Assembly: GCA_045863295.1 (NCBI GenBank)
Contig: BTWA01000057.1
Span: forward strand, 1 to 24,700
Direction of reading: 5' to 3'
From: Candidatus Hydrogenedentota bacterium
GTDB lineage: Bacteria > Hydrogenedentota > Hydrogenedentia > Hydrogenedentales > SLHB01
Length of the DNA: 24,700 bases
This document shows positions 1-9,425 of this stretch, one piece after another. The translations under genes and the position numbers were made by a program. Positions within the stretch are counted from its first letter, which is position 1, and each line of letters opens with the position of its first letter. The notes below the pieces were generated by a model. That model worked only from the letters and a program-made list of their open reading frames with translations. It was not told the DNA's origin and made no database searches.

Positions 1-66
1 CGCGAGATGGTTGAACTTGCTACCGCACAATACGAAAGGATTCGGGCCATTGCGCGTCCGCAATGA
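1..66 (+). CDS. 3' end of an upstream gene (partial)
   Basis: Frame 1 is open from base 1 (REMVELATAQYERIRAIARPQ*) to TGA at 64-66 and overlaps the next start, as expected inside an operon. The product cannot be identified. Confidence 0.5.
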   Translation, partial: REMVELATAQYERIRAIARPQ

Positions 67-1600
67 CAAAACCGTCTTGGTCTTTGCCGTATTTGCGCTG
101 TTCGCGCTCTATGGGGCCTACTCATTGTTGACTGCCCGCGGTAACTACGGCGACCTGTTCCCACCGTACTCTACGTATCGTACGGATCCGCAAGGAGCCA
201 AAGTACTTTACGAAAGTCTGAAAGAAATTCCACAGATTGCTGTCCGCCGAAACTCGACTCCTTTGTCTGTACTTGAGCCCAATCGCGCAATGACCCTGTT
301 TGTCTTGGGCGATTCTTTGCCCTTCATGAATCAAGTCAATGTTAGCAGCGTCGAAGCCATTGAATCTTTCATGTCGGTGGGTGGCCGCGTGGTCATAACC
401 TTTCCTCCTCAGGCAGACGCAACCTGGAGTTCGTTCTGGCTACGCGAAGAAGTGCGCGATTCAGCGGAAGAACAGGAACGGGACGCGAAAAAGGACGAGC
501 AGGCCGAAGAAACGGAAGAAGCTGGTCTCGCAGAGGAAAGTGAAAAAGATTCCGGACAGCCAGGACGGGCGGGCACTAAAACCGAATACGAAGGCCGAAC
601 GAGGAATGCGCACGACGTGTTTGGACCGGACGACGCTGAAAAGGAGGACACGGATGGCGAGGAAGAGGATAGCGGACTCGACCCGGAAAGCCGTTACCAA
701 TCCCTAGATCCTTTCATCAATCTCGCCAATCGTTGGGGCATTGATTTTGGATTGCAGCCACTGGAGCAGCCCGACGGCGGGGATTTCATTCCCGCGCGCG
801 CGATGTTGCACGAAATTGCTCCGTTGCCCGCGGCATTGGATTGGCATCGGTTCTGGATCTACCAGCAAATGCGAGCTGCCGCGCCGCGCCGAAATCCGTT
901 ACCATCCGAACTCGAATGGTATAGCGCGCTCCATTTCAAGGATCTGACCGACGCGTGGCGCGTAATCTATTCGCGCGACGGCTTTCCCGTGGTCATCGAA
1001 CGATCCTACGGCAACGGTTCGCTGGTATTTGCTTCCGACACCTATCTGTTGAGCAACGAGGCTCTTCGAAGGGATCCGCAGGCCGACCTTGTCGCATGGT
1101 TCGTGGGCGCGAGCCGCGAACTTGTGTTTGACGAAACCCATCTCGGAATAGTGGAACAAGGTGGCGTGATGAGTCTCGCCCGCAAGTACCGCTTGCATGG
1201 TACTATAGTCGCCTGCATCATCCTTGCCGTGTTGCTCGTGTGGCAAAACGCATTCAGCCTGGCCCCGCCGCACGGCGAAGACGATAGTGAGGCGCTGGAG
1301 GGAACCGAAGGTCGCGAGGCCATTGCAGGGCTGCAGAACCTGCTTCGTCGCCACGTGCCCTCACGTACCTTGATCCAGCTTTGTGTGGACGAGTGGAAGA
1401 AGAGTCAGCCCCAGGGCGGGCGATCTTCGGCAGTCGCCGCCGCAGTCGATCGGTGTTATCAACAGATACAAGTGCAGGGTGCGACTCACCCTGTGGCGCA
1501 GTACAAGGCCTTGGCGCAGGAAGTCAACGCGAGAAAACGGGCGGTGCTGGGGCGCACGAGCGAGTCGAAAGAATCCGGCGATTCGAAACCAGCCGCCTGA
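50..1600 (+). CDS. DUF4350-type membrane-anchored protein (MoxR operon partner)
   Basis: N-terminal TM followed by 'YSTYRTDPQGAKVLYESL', later 'G.GSLVFASD...LSNEAL' and 'LVFDETHLG', then a second TM. Lies upstream of moxR/DUF58. Start placed at TTG 50 behind SD GAAAGGA (34-40); the ORF track starts at 11. Confidence 0.75.
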   Translation: MRVRNDKTVLVFAVFALFALYGAYSLLTARGNYGDLFPPYSTYRTDPQGAKVLYESLKEIPQIAVRRNSTPLSVLEPNRAMTLFVLGDSLPFMNQVNVSSVEAIESFMSVGGRVVITFPPQADATWSSFWLREEVRDSAEEQERDAKKDEQAEETEEAGLAEESEKDSGQPGRAGTKTEYEGRTRNAHDVFGPDDAEKEDTDGEEEDSGLDPESRYQSLDPFINLANRWGIDFGLQPLEQPDGGDFIPARAMLHEIAPLPAALDWHRFWIYQQMRAAAPRRNPLPSELEWYSALHFKDLTDAWRVIYSRDGFPVVIERSYGNGSLVFASDTYLLSNEALRRDPQADLVAWFVGASRELVFDETHLGIVEQGGVMSLARKYRLHGTIVACIILAVLLVWQNAFSLAPPHGEDDSEALEGTEGREAIAGLQNLLRRHVPSRTLIQLCVDEWKKSQPQGGRSSAVAAAVDRCYQQIQVQGATHPVAQYKALAQEVNARKRAVLGRTSESKESGDSKPAA

Positions 1601-1628
1601 CACAGGCGCGCACGACAGGAGCAGCAAC

Positions 1629-2588
1629 GTGGACCTCGATCGATTGAAAGATGTGCTGGAGCGATCCCGCCGTGAAGTGGCCAAAGTCGTTATCGGGCAG
1701 CAAGACGTGCTGGACAAGGCGCTCATTGCCATCTTCACCAATAATCACGCCCTTATCGAAGGCGTGCCCGGCGTGGCAAAAACCCTGCTTGTGCGTACTC
1801 TGGCCCACGTGCTCGGTTGCGAATTCTCCCGCATCCAATTCACTCCGGATCTGATGCCGTCCGACATTACCGGTACCAACGTGTTCAACTTGCAGCGCAA
1901 CGAATTCACGCTGGTCAAAGGTCCTATCTTCACCACGTTTCTCCTGGCCGATGAGATTAATCGTGCTCCGGCCAAAACGCAGTCTGCTCTGCTCCAGGCC
2001 ATGCAAGAACGCCGCGTGACAATTGACCGCGAAACCCACGTGTTGAGCGACAACTTCACGGTATTTGCCACGCAGAATCCCATCGAATATGAAGGCACCT
2101 ATCCACTGCCCGAGGCGCAGAAGGATCGGTTCATGATCAAGATCAGTATGGGTGCGCCAATGCGGGAGGACGAAATGGATCTTGCCCGGCGGACCCTGGG
2201 CCATGATGCCCCCGAGTCCGTACTTGATTCCGGTACCGTTCAGCCTGTGTTGCAGGCCACGGAACTGACCGAACTCCGAAGCGTCCTGCAGAAGGTCACC
2301 GTGCGCGATGAAGTGGTAGGTTACGTGGTGGATCTTATTCGCGCCACCCGCCAGCACGATGCCATTCTCGTGGGCGCCGGACCCCGCGCCACGCAGTCCC
2401 TGCTGCTGGCCTGCCGCATGGCCGCCGTACTCGAGGCGCGCGACTTTGTCGTGCCCGATGATGTCAAGGCCATGGCCTATCCCGTGTTGGAACATCGCAT
2501 CATACTGCGGCCTGAATACGAAATTGAGGGCCTGTCGGTGAGCGAAATCATTTCCCGAATCTTGCAGGAGGTTGCGGTTCCACGATGA
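1629..2588 (+). CDS. moxR: MoxR family AAA+ ATPase
   Basis: Walker A variant GVPGVAKT, RIQFTPDLMPSDITG, Walker B LLADEINRAPAKTQSALLQAMQE, ATQNPIEYEGTYPLPEAQKDRF. GTG start at 1629 after SD AGGAG. Confidence 0.95.
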   Translation: MDLDRLKDVLERSRREVAKVVIGQQDVLDKALIAIFTNNHALIEGVPGVAKTLLVRTLAHVLGCEFSRIQFTPDLMPSDITGTNVFNLQRNEFTLVKGPIFTTFLLADEINRAPAKTQSALLQAMQERRVTIDRETHVLSDNFTVFATQNPIEYEGTYPLPEAQKDRFMIKISMGAPMREDEMDLARRTLGHDAPESVLDSGTVQPVLQATELTELRSVLQKVTVRDEVVGYVVDLIRATRQHDAILVGAGPRATQSLLLACRMAAVLEARDFVVPDDVKAMAYPVLEHRIILRPEYEIEGLSVSEIISRILQEVAVPR

Positions 2589-3979
2589 TTGTTCCGCGCA
2601 CACGATTGCTGTTCTGGGTGGCCGTTATCGCAGTGCCCATGTCGGTGCTTGCTGTACCGCCAGCCGAGACCGGCTTGGGCATTGAAGGCTTGCCGCAGGC
2701 TATGGATCGCTTTGCTCAGCAAGGGCATCTTTTAGCAATCGGCCTGATTGGAGGCCTGGTCCTGCTTGCCGTGTTCGACGCTGCGCTAGCCTTCGGATCG
2801 TTGAATGGCGTGCGCGCGGAACTGCCTGAAGTGGCCCGGCTCACCAAGGATCGCGAAGGCACATTACCCGTGCACCTGTTTGCCGCTCCGGGCAAGCGCA
2901 GGTTGCTGCGCCTCGGTCTCGCATTCCCACCCGAGATTACGACGCCTTCCGAGACGATTGAAACGGAAATTGCAGGCACCACCGCCGCCGCTTCCGTAAC
3001 GTGGCCTTGCACGGCTACGCGCCGCGGACGCTATATACTTGATCGTGTTTATTTGGAAGGATCTTCGCCACTCGGATTCTGGGCCGTGCGATCGTCCGTG
3101 CCCACGCAGTCCGAAGTGCGCGTGTATCCCAATCTGATGCACGAACGACGCAACGTGGCCGCACTGTTTCTCAATCGGGGCGTATTCGGGATTCACCAGC
3201 AACGGCAGGTGGGTCAAGGCCGTGAATTTGAGAAACTGCGCGAGTACGTCCCGGGCGACAGTTATGACGACGTACACTGGAAGGCTACGGCCCGCCGGGG
3301 CCACCCCATCACCAAGACCTATCAAATCGAGCGTACTCAAGAAGTGTACGTGCTGATCGATACCTCCCGCCTCAGCGCCCGCAAGATGTCCGGAGGGATT
3401 GGCCTGCCCGAGACAACGCAGTTAGAACGCTTTCTCACTTCGGCCATGGTGTTGGGTCTTGCCGCGGAACGGCAAGGCGACTTATATGGGTTGATGACAT
3501 TTGACGACCGCGTCGGCACCTTCATTCGAGCCAAGAATGGCAAAGCTCACTACGGCGTGTGCCGCGATGCGCTCTACACATTGAATGCCTCGCGCGTGAA
3601 TCCTGATTTTGACGAAGTGTTTTCGTTCCTGCGGCTTCGGCTGCGCCGTCGCGCATTGGTCATATTCCTGACCAACCTAGACGATCCCGTCCTTGCGGAA
3701 AGTTTCGTGAAGAATGTGCACCTGATCGGAAGACACCACTTAATGCTGGTGGGAATGCCCATTCCGTCCGGTGTTAAACCGCTATTCCAGGATGACAAGG
3801 CCGATACCGTGAGCGATGTCTATGACCGGCTGGCGGGGCACATGCGCTGGCAGGGATTGCGCGAATTGGAACGCGTATTGCAGCGCCAGGGCGTCCAATT
3901 CCTGCTTTTGGACCATGCACGCATGGCCGCACAACTTGTCACCCAATACATGAACATCAAGCAAAGGCAGTTGCTATGA
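2585..3979 (+). CDS. DUF58 domain protein (vWA-like MoxR partner)
   Basis: Signature 'GREFEKLREYVPGDSYDDVHWKATAR', 'VLIDTSRLS', N-terminal TMs. ATGA overlap with moxR. Confidence 0.9.
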   Translation: MIVPRTRLLFWVAVIAVPMSVLAVPPAETGLGIEGLPQAMDRFAQQGHLLAIGLIGGLVLLAVFDAALAFGSLNGVRAELPEVARLTKDREGTLPVHLFAAPGKRRLLRLGLAFPPEITTPSETIETEIAGTTAAASVTWPCTATRRGRYILDRVYLEGSSPLGFWAVRSSVPTQSEVRVYPNLMHERRNVAALFLNRGVFGIHQQRQVGQGREFEKLREYVPGDSYDDVHWKATARRGHPITKTYQIERTQEVYVLIDTSRLSARKMSGGIGLPETTQLERFLTSAMVLGLAAERQGDLYGLMTFDDRVGTFIRAKNGKAHYGVCRDALYTLNASRVNPDFDEVFSFLRLRLRRRALVIFLTNLDDPVLAESFVKNVHLIGRHHLMLVGMPIPSGVKPLFQDDKADTVSDVYDRLAGHMRWQGLRELERVLQRQGVQFLLLDHARMAAQLVTQYMNIKQRQLL

Positions 3980-4989
3980 TCGTCGACTTCGAACGATTCC
4001 TGAGGGAGGAACGTCCATTTTGGGATGAACTCGACGCCAAACTTCACCGTCTGCAGGAAGACCATACGGCCACCCTCGATCTGGAGCAGATTCGCCGGTT
4101 CCATTATCTCTACGAACGCGCCGCCACGGATCTCGCCAAGTTATCGTCATTTCCTTCCGAACCCGAGTTGCAACGATTCCTGGAGTCGCTGGTGGCCCGC
4201 GCCTATTCCGAGATTCACGCCGCACGCGGTCAAACATATCGCTTCCATCCGGTTATCTGGTTCTGGCAAACGTTTCCCGGCACCTTCCGCAAACATTTAG
4301 GCGCATTCGGTCTTGCCTTGGTCGTCACTCTCGCCGGCGCGATTTTCGGTGGAACGGCAATTCTTGTAGATGCGGATGCAAAAGGCGTTCTGTTGGGGTA
4401 TCCCCACTTGCAGGTGGATCCGAGAGAGCGAGTGGCACAGGAAGAAATGACCGAGAGCATGGAGGATGTGGTTCAGGGGGTTGACACCCATGTGCTGGGC
4501 ACCGTGTTCTATATTCAAAACAACACCAAGGTGGCCTTCACAACAATGGCTCTGGGCGTGAGTTGGGGCATTGGCACTTTCCTTGTCCTGCTTGGTAACG
4601 GCGTTTTGCTCGGTGCGGTTGTTCTCGACTACATCCAGGCGGGGGAAACCATTTTCTTGATAGGCTGGCTGTTGCCGCACGGGGCTACAGAAATTCCCGC
4701 CATCCTGCTCGCGGGGCAGGCGGGCTTTGTCATTGGCGGCGCGCTCATCGGCTGGAGAAGCCGCGTAACCCTTCGCCAGCGGCTGCGCGCCATTCGCAAC
4801 GATGCCATAACCCTGATTGCCGGCGTCACTCTGCTCTTGATTTGGGCTGGATTCGTCGAGGCATTCTTTTCCCAATACCATGAACCCATCATTCCCTATG
4901 CCGTCAAGATAGCTTTTGGCACGGTGGAGTTGGTGGCCTTGTTCATGTATCTGTTCCTGGCGGGGCGGCGTGGAGGTGCGGATGTCTGA
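3976..4989 (+). CDS. SpoIIM/DUF95 family membrane protein
   Basis: 'IQNNTKVAF', 'GNGVLLG', 'LLPHGATEIPAILLAGQAG', 'AGFVEAF'; multiple TMs; ATGA overlap with DUF58. Confidence 0.9.
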   Translation: MIVDFERFLREERPFWDELDAKLHRLQEDHTATLDLEQIRRFHYLYERAATDLAKLSSFPSEPELQRFLESLVARAYSEIHAARGQTYRFHPVIWFWQTFPGTFRKHLGAFGLALVVTLAGAIFGGTAILVDADAKGVLLGYPHLQVDPRERVAQEEMTESMEDVVQGVDTHVLGTVFYIQNNTKVAFTTMALGVSWGIGTFLVLLGNGVLLGAVVLDYIQAGETIFLIGWLLPHGATEIPAILLAGQAGFVIGGALIGWRSRVTLRQRLRAIRNDAITLIAGVTLLLIWAGFVEAFFSQYHEPIIPYAVKIAFGTVELVALFMYLFLAGRRGGADV

Positions 4990-5803
4990 AGAACGCACAG
5001 GAATGCTTCGCATACGAACCCCCGAAGGTATCGCGTTTTCCTATCCGCTGGCCGGACCCGTTTCCCGGTTTCTCGCGTGGATTATCGACGCGGCCGTCAT
5101 GGCACTCACCTTCCTGGCCCTGCTCCTTCTGGTCAACTTCGCGATGCAGACCGGAAGCATTTTTTTTGATCTTGGCTCTATTCCGCTCTTCGCAGCGTTC
5201 GTCTGGCTCGGGTATTACGTATTGACTACCTTTTATGCGATGGCCCTTGAGTGGTTCTGGCGCGGCCGTACTATTGGCAAATGGGTCTTAAGGCTCCGCG
5301 TCATCAACGAGCAAGGCCTGAGACTGCAGTTCAGCCAAGTCGCCCTGCGTAATTTGCTGCGATTCGTCGATTGCTTTCCTACCTTCTATCTGGTGGGCGG
5401 CCTTACCTGTTTCTTGAGCAAGCGCTCGCAGCGCTTGGGCGACTTTGTTGCCGGCACCGTTGTTGTGCGCGAAAACCCTGTCAAAGTGCCCGACATAGAA
5501 CGGATACTCGGCGGCAAGTACAATTCATTCCGGGAATACCCCCATCTTGAAGCCAGGTTAAGACGGCGGATTGACCCCGAGGAAGCGCGCATCGCCTTGA
5601 CGGCTATTGTCCGGCGCGATCGCCTCGATCCGGCATCGCGCATCGAGGTCTTTAGGGCGATGGCGGATCGGTTCCGCGCGTATGCGGATTTTCCCGAAGA
5701 GGCGACCTTCGCGCTTACGGACGAGCAGTACGTGCGCAACGTGGTCGATGTTTTGTTTAGAACCCGTACAGCCAACACGGCGGACAAACGCAGGTCCGCC
5801 TAA
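4982..5803 (+). CDS. RDD family membrane protein
   Basis: 'TPEG...LAGPVSRFLAWIID', 'GRTIGK...LRV', 'QRLGDFVAGTVVV'. ATG 4982 after SD GGAGG (4972-4976). Confidence 0.9.
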   Translation: MSEERTGMLRIRTPEGIAFSYPLAGPVSRFLAWIIDAAVMALTFLALLLLVNFAMQTGSIFFDLGSIPLFAAFVWLGYYVLTTFYAMALEWFWRGRTIGKWVLRLRVINEQGLRLQFSQVALRNLLRFVDCFPTFYLVGGLTCFLSKRSQRLGDFVAGTVVVRENPVKVPDIERILGGKYNSFREYPHLEARLRRRIDPEEARIALTAIVRRDRLDPASRIEVFRAMADRFRAYADFPEEATFALTDEQYVRNVVDVLFRTRTANTADKRRSA

Positions 5804-5826
5804 TAAGCCACCGGAGAAAGCCGAGC

Positions 5827-7038
5827 ATGTCCTCCAGATCGCGCCTTGTGATGCAGGGGGTTATTGCGCTTGTTGTGCTGCTAATCGCTGGAGCGGCATT
5901 TGCCTTCCTGGCGCTGCCGAGCATGGTGGAGGCGAATTTGAACCGCGTCACCGTGCCGGGACCCTACAGTCACGGCCCCACCGCCTATCAGATTCACGTT
6001 CGTGCCACGGTAGTCGATCTTCATTCCGATGCGCTTCTGTGGAACCGTAACCTGCTCGTTCGTCAGAACCGAGGTCACGTCGATGTGCCGCGCCTGGCCG
6101 AGGCCGGCGTCGCGCTCCAAGTGTTTTCCGCGGTCACCAAGACGCCCAAGAACCAGAATTACGAAAGCAACGGCGCTGACACAGACAACATCACCGCGCT
6201 CGCCATCCTGCAGCGGTGGCCTCGGCCCACCTGGGACAGCACACTGCAACGTGCCCTGTATCAGGCCCAGCAGCTTCACGAGTACGCCGACAACTCCATG
6301 CGCGTGCTCCGTGTTATTGAAGATCGCGCATCGCTTGACGAGTTCATTCAAGGCCGCTTGCCGCGCCGCTACCGCGTCTCAGGACTCCTGGCGATCGAGG
6401 GACTGCATTGCCTGGAAGGCAAAATTGAAAACGTGGATGTCCTTTTCAAGGCTGGGTATCGAATGATGGGGCTCACCCATTTCTTCGACAACGAATTGGG
6501 CGGATCGGCCCACGGGTTGGAAAAAGGCGGTATCACTGAGTTTGGCCGTCAGGTAGTCAAGCGGATGGAAGAACTCGGTATTATCGTCGATCTTGCGCAT
6601 GCTTCCCCGCAGCTCTTCGACGACGTCCTCGCCATGGCCACGCGGCCTCTGGTTGTCTCCCATACCGGCGTGCGCGCCGTGTGCGACAATGCGAGAAATC
6701 TGGATGACGATCAGTTGCGAGCCGTAGCTGCAAACGGCGGAGTCGTCGGTATTGGATTCTGGGATGCAGCCATTTGCGATGTCAGCGTGGAGGGCATCGT
6801 AAAATCCATTCAACACGCGATATCCGTCGCCGGCATTGAACACGTCGCACTCGGATCCGATTTCGATGGCGCGACCACCACGCCCTTCGACGCTTCCGGC
6901 ATTCCCAAAATCACGGAAGCACTCATGCTCGAAGGAATGAGCCACGAAGACATTCGCGCCGTGTTGGGTGGAAACGCATTTCGTGTCATAAGCGAAGGTA
7001 TTCCGCCCGGTGAACCCGGACAGCAAACCGAAGAATAG
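5827..7038 (+). CDS. Membrane dipeptidase (peptidase M19 family)
   Basis: 'DLHSD', 'GHVDVPRL', 'LAIEG', 'VDLAH', 'VSHTG', 'RNLDD', 'GSDFDG'; N-terminal hydrophobic anchor. Confidence 0.92.
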   Translation: MSSRSRLVMQGVIALVVLLIAGAAFAFLALPSMVEANLNRVTVPGPYSHGPTAYQIHVRATVVDLHSDALLWNRNLLVRQNRGHVDVPRLAEAGVALQVFSAVTKTPKNQNYESNGADTDNITALAILQRWPRPTWDSTLQRALYQAQQLHEYADNSMRVLRVIEDRASLDEFIQGRLPRRYRVSGLLAIEGLHCLEGKIENVDVLFKAGYRMMGLTHFFDNELGGSAHGLEKGGITEFGRQVVKRMEELGIIVDLAHASPQLFDDVLAMATRPLVVSHTGVRAVCDNARNLDDDQLRAVAANGGVVGIGFWDAAICDVSVEGIVKSIQHAISVAGIEHVALGSDFDGATTTPFDASGIPKITEALMLEGMSHEDIRAVLGGNAFRVISEGIPPGEPGQQTEE

Positions 7039-7050
7039 CGCGCCGCGAGC

Positions 7051-7623
7051 TTAGCGACTCGGCCTTGGCCGGCCCGCCTCCAAACAGATTGCATCAAACA
7101 AATCGCTCACGCACGTCAGGCCGTAGTCGTTGAAATTCGCCGGATTCGTCCAGAACTCGTGCAACCGCCCCCGGCCCTCGCGCTGATACATCAGCACCTT
7201 GATCATCATCTGCGCTTTGTCCAAGCCGCGCACCAGGCGTGCCTCCGGTGTGGTTCCCTCGCACAATTCCCGGTGCAACTCACCGTAGCGGCGATCGATG
7301 CTCTCGAACAATTGTTCCGTCACGGCTTGCTCGGCCTCGGCCTTCAATTCTTTGAAGTGCGCGTCCGCTGCGGGCATGGGAATGTCCATCAACCGGCACT
7401 CCGCCAGATCGTGGATCAGCGCCATTGCGACCGCTTTCGAGGCGTCAAACACGTCGGGATTCCGATCCGCGTACAACATCGCCAGCAACGCCACAAAATG
7501 GCTGTGCGCCGCCACCGATTCCGGTTCCGCCACCCCGCGCAACACATACCCCGCGCGCGCCACCCGATCCAACGGATGGAGTTCGGAATAGAGGCGTATG
7601 ATGTGCTGTGTAAAGTCCTGCAT
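7051..7623 (-). CDS. HD-domain hydrolase (YfbR/HDDC2-like 5'-deoxynucleotidase family)
   Basis: 'RAGY..RGV..PESVAAHS', 'IHDLAE....D', 'TPEARLVRGLDK'. Confidence 0.88.
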   Translation of the reverse strand: MQDFTQHIIRLYSELHPLDRVARAGYVLRGVAEPESVAAHSHFVALLAMLYADRNPDVFDASKAVAMALIHDLAECRLMDIPMPAADAHFKELKAEAEQAVTEQLFESIDRRYGELHRELCEGTTPEARLVRGLDKAQMMIKVLMYQREGRGRLHEFWTNPANFNDYGLTCVSDLFDAICLEAGRPRPSR

Positions 7624-7630
7624 ACTAAGG

Positions 7631-7639
7631 ATTATGGCA
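7631..7639 (-). promoter_or_regulatory. Putative extended -10 element (TGC-CATAAT) of the HD gene
   Basis: Minus strand reads gTGCCATAATccttagtATG, i.e. 7 nt before the ATG with no SD. Confidence 0.45.
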
Positions 7640-7813
7640 CAAATGCAGTGTGCGATATGATTTGGCTAAAGTGGTGTAAGTCGAACTGTTGAACAACATA
7701 CCGGAGAATTGGGTCATTGATAGTGAGTTAAGATTGATGGACCTGAGCTAGGTAGTGCCATTGTACCTACGTATTCTAGCCAACGGATACCTCGCAAGAT
7801 ACAGGGATTACAA

Positions 7814-8692
7814 ATGTTACAAAGGTTTGGTGGTAGTTGGACAGAGGAGAAACTGGGGATTGTTGAGGCGTATCTGCGTGAATACGTCAAGATCTTACCG
7901 GGAAGGGGTCTGAGATTCGCATACATTGACGCCTTCGCCGGTACTGGGTACAGCGATCTTCCGGTATCCGATTTAGACCCTGAACATCTACTTTTCGAGG
8001 AGCTATCGGACAGTGATACCAGAGCATTTCTAGAGGGCTCGGCCATTCGCGCGCTGAGAATCGAGCCATCCTTCAACAAGTATATTTTTATAGAGAAGTC
8101 AGAGGCCAAAATTGAGCAATTAAGGAGCAGAATTAATGCACTTAATATCGATTCTTCAAAAATAGAGTATAGACCGGGAGACTGTAACAAGATTTTGCAG
8201 GAGATTTGTAAAAAGGATTGGGGAAAACACAGAGCAGTGCTCTTCCTAGATCCTTTTGGAATGCAAGTTAATTGGGAAACTGTGTGCGCCATAGCACGAA
8301 CCAAGGCCATCGACCTTTGGATTTTGTTTCCTTGTGGGGCGGGCGTAAATCGTATGCTGCCAGCGAACGGAAATGTATCACCCAGTTGGGCGAATCGCCT
8401 AAACCTTGTATTTGGAGACGATGGTTGGCGAAACGCGTTTTACCAGTCAGATCCTCAGCAAGACCTTTTTGCGCAGCAGGATACTATACAGAAAAGTGCG
8501 AATCCGGAATCTATCGGGTTATACTACAACCGGAAGCTTTCGACAATATTTGCGGGAGTCGCCCGAAATCCCAGAGCAATGCGAAACTCTAGGGACTACG
8601 TCATGTATCAACTGATGTTTGCGGCGTCAAATCCGAATGCCGTGAGCCCAGCAGTGAAAATTGCAGAGCACCTATTAAGACAAATTAAGTAG
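7814..8692 (+). CDS. tcmP: Three-Cys-motif partner protein TcmP (SAM-methyltransferase-like fold)
   Basis: '[14 protein letters not shown]', 'YIDAFAGTG', 'GSAIRAL', 'FIE', 'GDCN', 'LFLDPFG'; adjacent to DUF5131. Confidence 0.88.
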   Translation: MLQRFGGSWTEEKLGIVEAYLREYVKILPGRGLRFAYIDAFAGTGYSDLPVSDLDPEHLLFEELSDSDTRAFLEGSAIRALRIEPSFNKYIFIEKSEAKIEQLRSRINALNIDSSKIEYRPGDCNKILQEICKKDWGKHRAVLFLDPFGMQVNWETVCAIARTKAIDLWILFPCGAGVNRMLPANGNVSPSWANRLNLVFGDDGWRNAFYQSDPQQDLFAQQDTIQKSANPESIGLYYNRKLSTIFAGVARNPRAMRNSRDYVMYQLMFAASNPNAVSPAVKIAEHLLRQIK

Positions 8693-8693
8693 C

Positions 8694-9422
8694 ATGTCCA
8701 CGAACTCAAACATTGAATGGACCGAGTCCACATGGAATCCAGTCACGGGCTGCACCAAGATCAGTCCGGGATGCAAGCATTGCTATGCCGAGCGGCTGGC
8801 CAGACGATTGCAGGCCATGGGGCAATCCAACTATCGGAATGGATTCAAGCTCACATTGCAGGAACACGCACTGGAATTGCCGCTTCGCTGGAGACGCCCA
8901 CAGGTCATATTTGTCAATTCCATGAGCGACTTGTTCCACAAAGAAGTGCCCGAAGAATACATACATCGGGTGTTTGACGTAATGATCCGCGCGCACTGGC
9001 ACACGTACCAAGTTCTGACTAAGCGGTCAGATCGACTTGAAAGGCTCAGCCCAAGACTCTCGTGGAAACCTCATATTTGGATGGGTGTGAGCGTTGAAAG
9101 TGACAAGTACCTCTACAGAATAAGCAATCTCCGAAATACCGGTGCACACATAAAGTTCTTATCTCTTGAGCCGCTAATAGGCCCATTGCCTAGTCTCCAA
9201 TTGCAGGGAATTGATTGGGTAATCGTTGGCGGCGAATCGGGTCCAGGTGCAAGGCCGATGGATCCGGCGTGGGTAAGAGAAATACGCAATCAATGCGAAG
9301 ACAGCCGGACGCTGTTTTTTTTCAAGCAGTGGGGCGGGTTCAACAAAAAAAAGGCTGGCCGCGAATTGGACGGACGGACCTACGATGACATGCCCCCGCT
9401 AAACATGCCCGCTTCCGCCTGA
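8694..9422 (+). CDS. DUF5131 (phage Gp37/Gp68-like, radical-SAM-like) protein
   Basis: '[26 protein letters not shown]' (CX6CX2C), '[10 protein letters not shown]', 'LTKR', 'FLSLEPL', 'WVIVGGESG', 'FFFKQWGG'. Confidence 0.93.
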   Translation: MSTNSNIEWTESTWNPVTGCTKISPGCKHCYAERLARRLQAMGQSNYRNGFKLTLQEHALELPLRWRRPQVIFVNSMSDLFHKEVPEEYIHRVFDVMIRAHWHTYQVLTKRSDRLERLSPRLSWKPHIWMGVSVESDKYLYRISNLRNTGAHIKFLSLEPLIGPLPSLQLQGIDWVIVGGESGPGARPMDPAWVREIRNQCEDSRTLFFFKQWGGFNKKKAGRELDGRTYDDMPPLNMPASA

Positions 9423-9425
9423 ATG

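Noticed and set aside
1524..2603. 359-aa antisense ORF over moxR, and other long alternative-frame ORFs (9658-10554, 10883-11899, 14371-15288)
   Set aside because: They fully overlap well-supported genes and are expected in GC-rich DNA.
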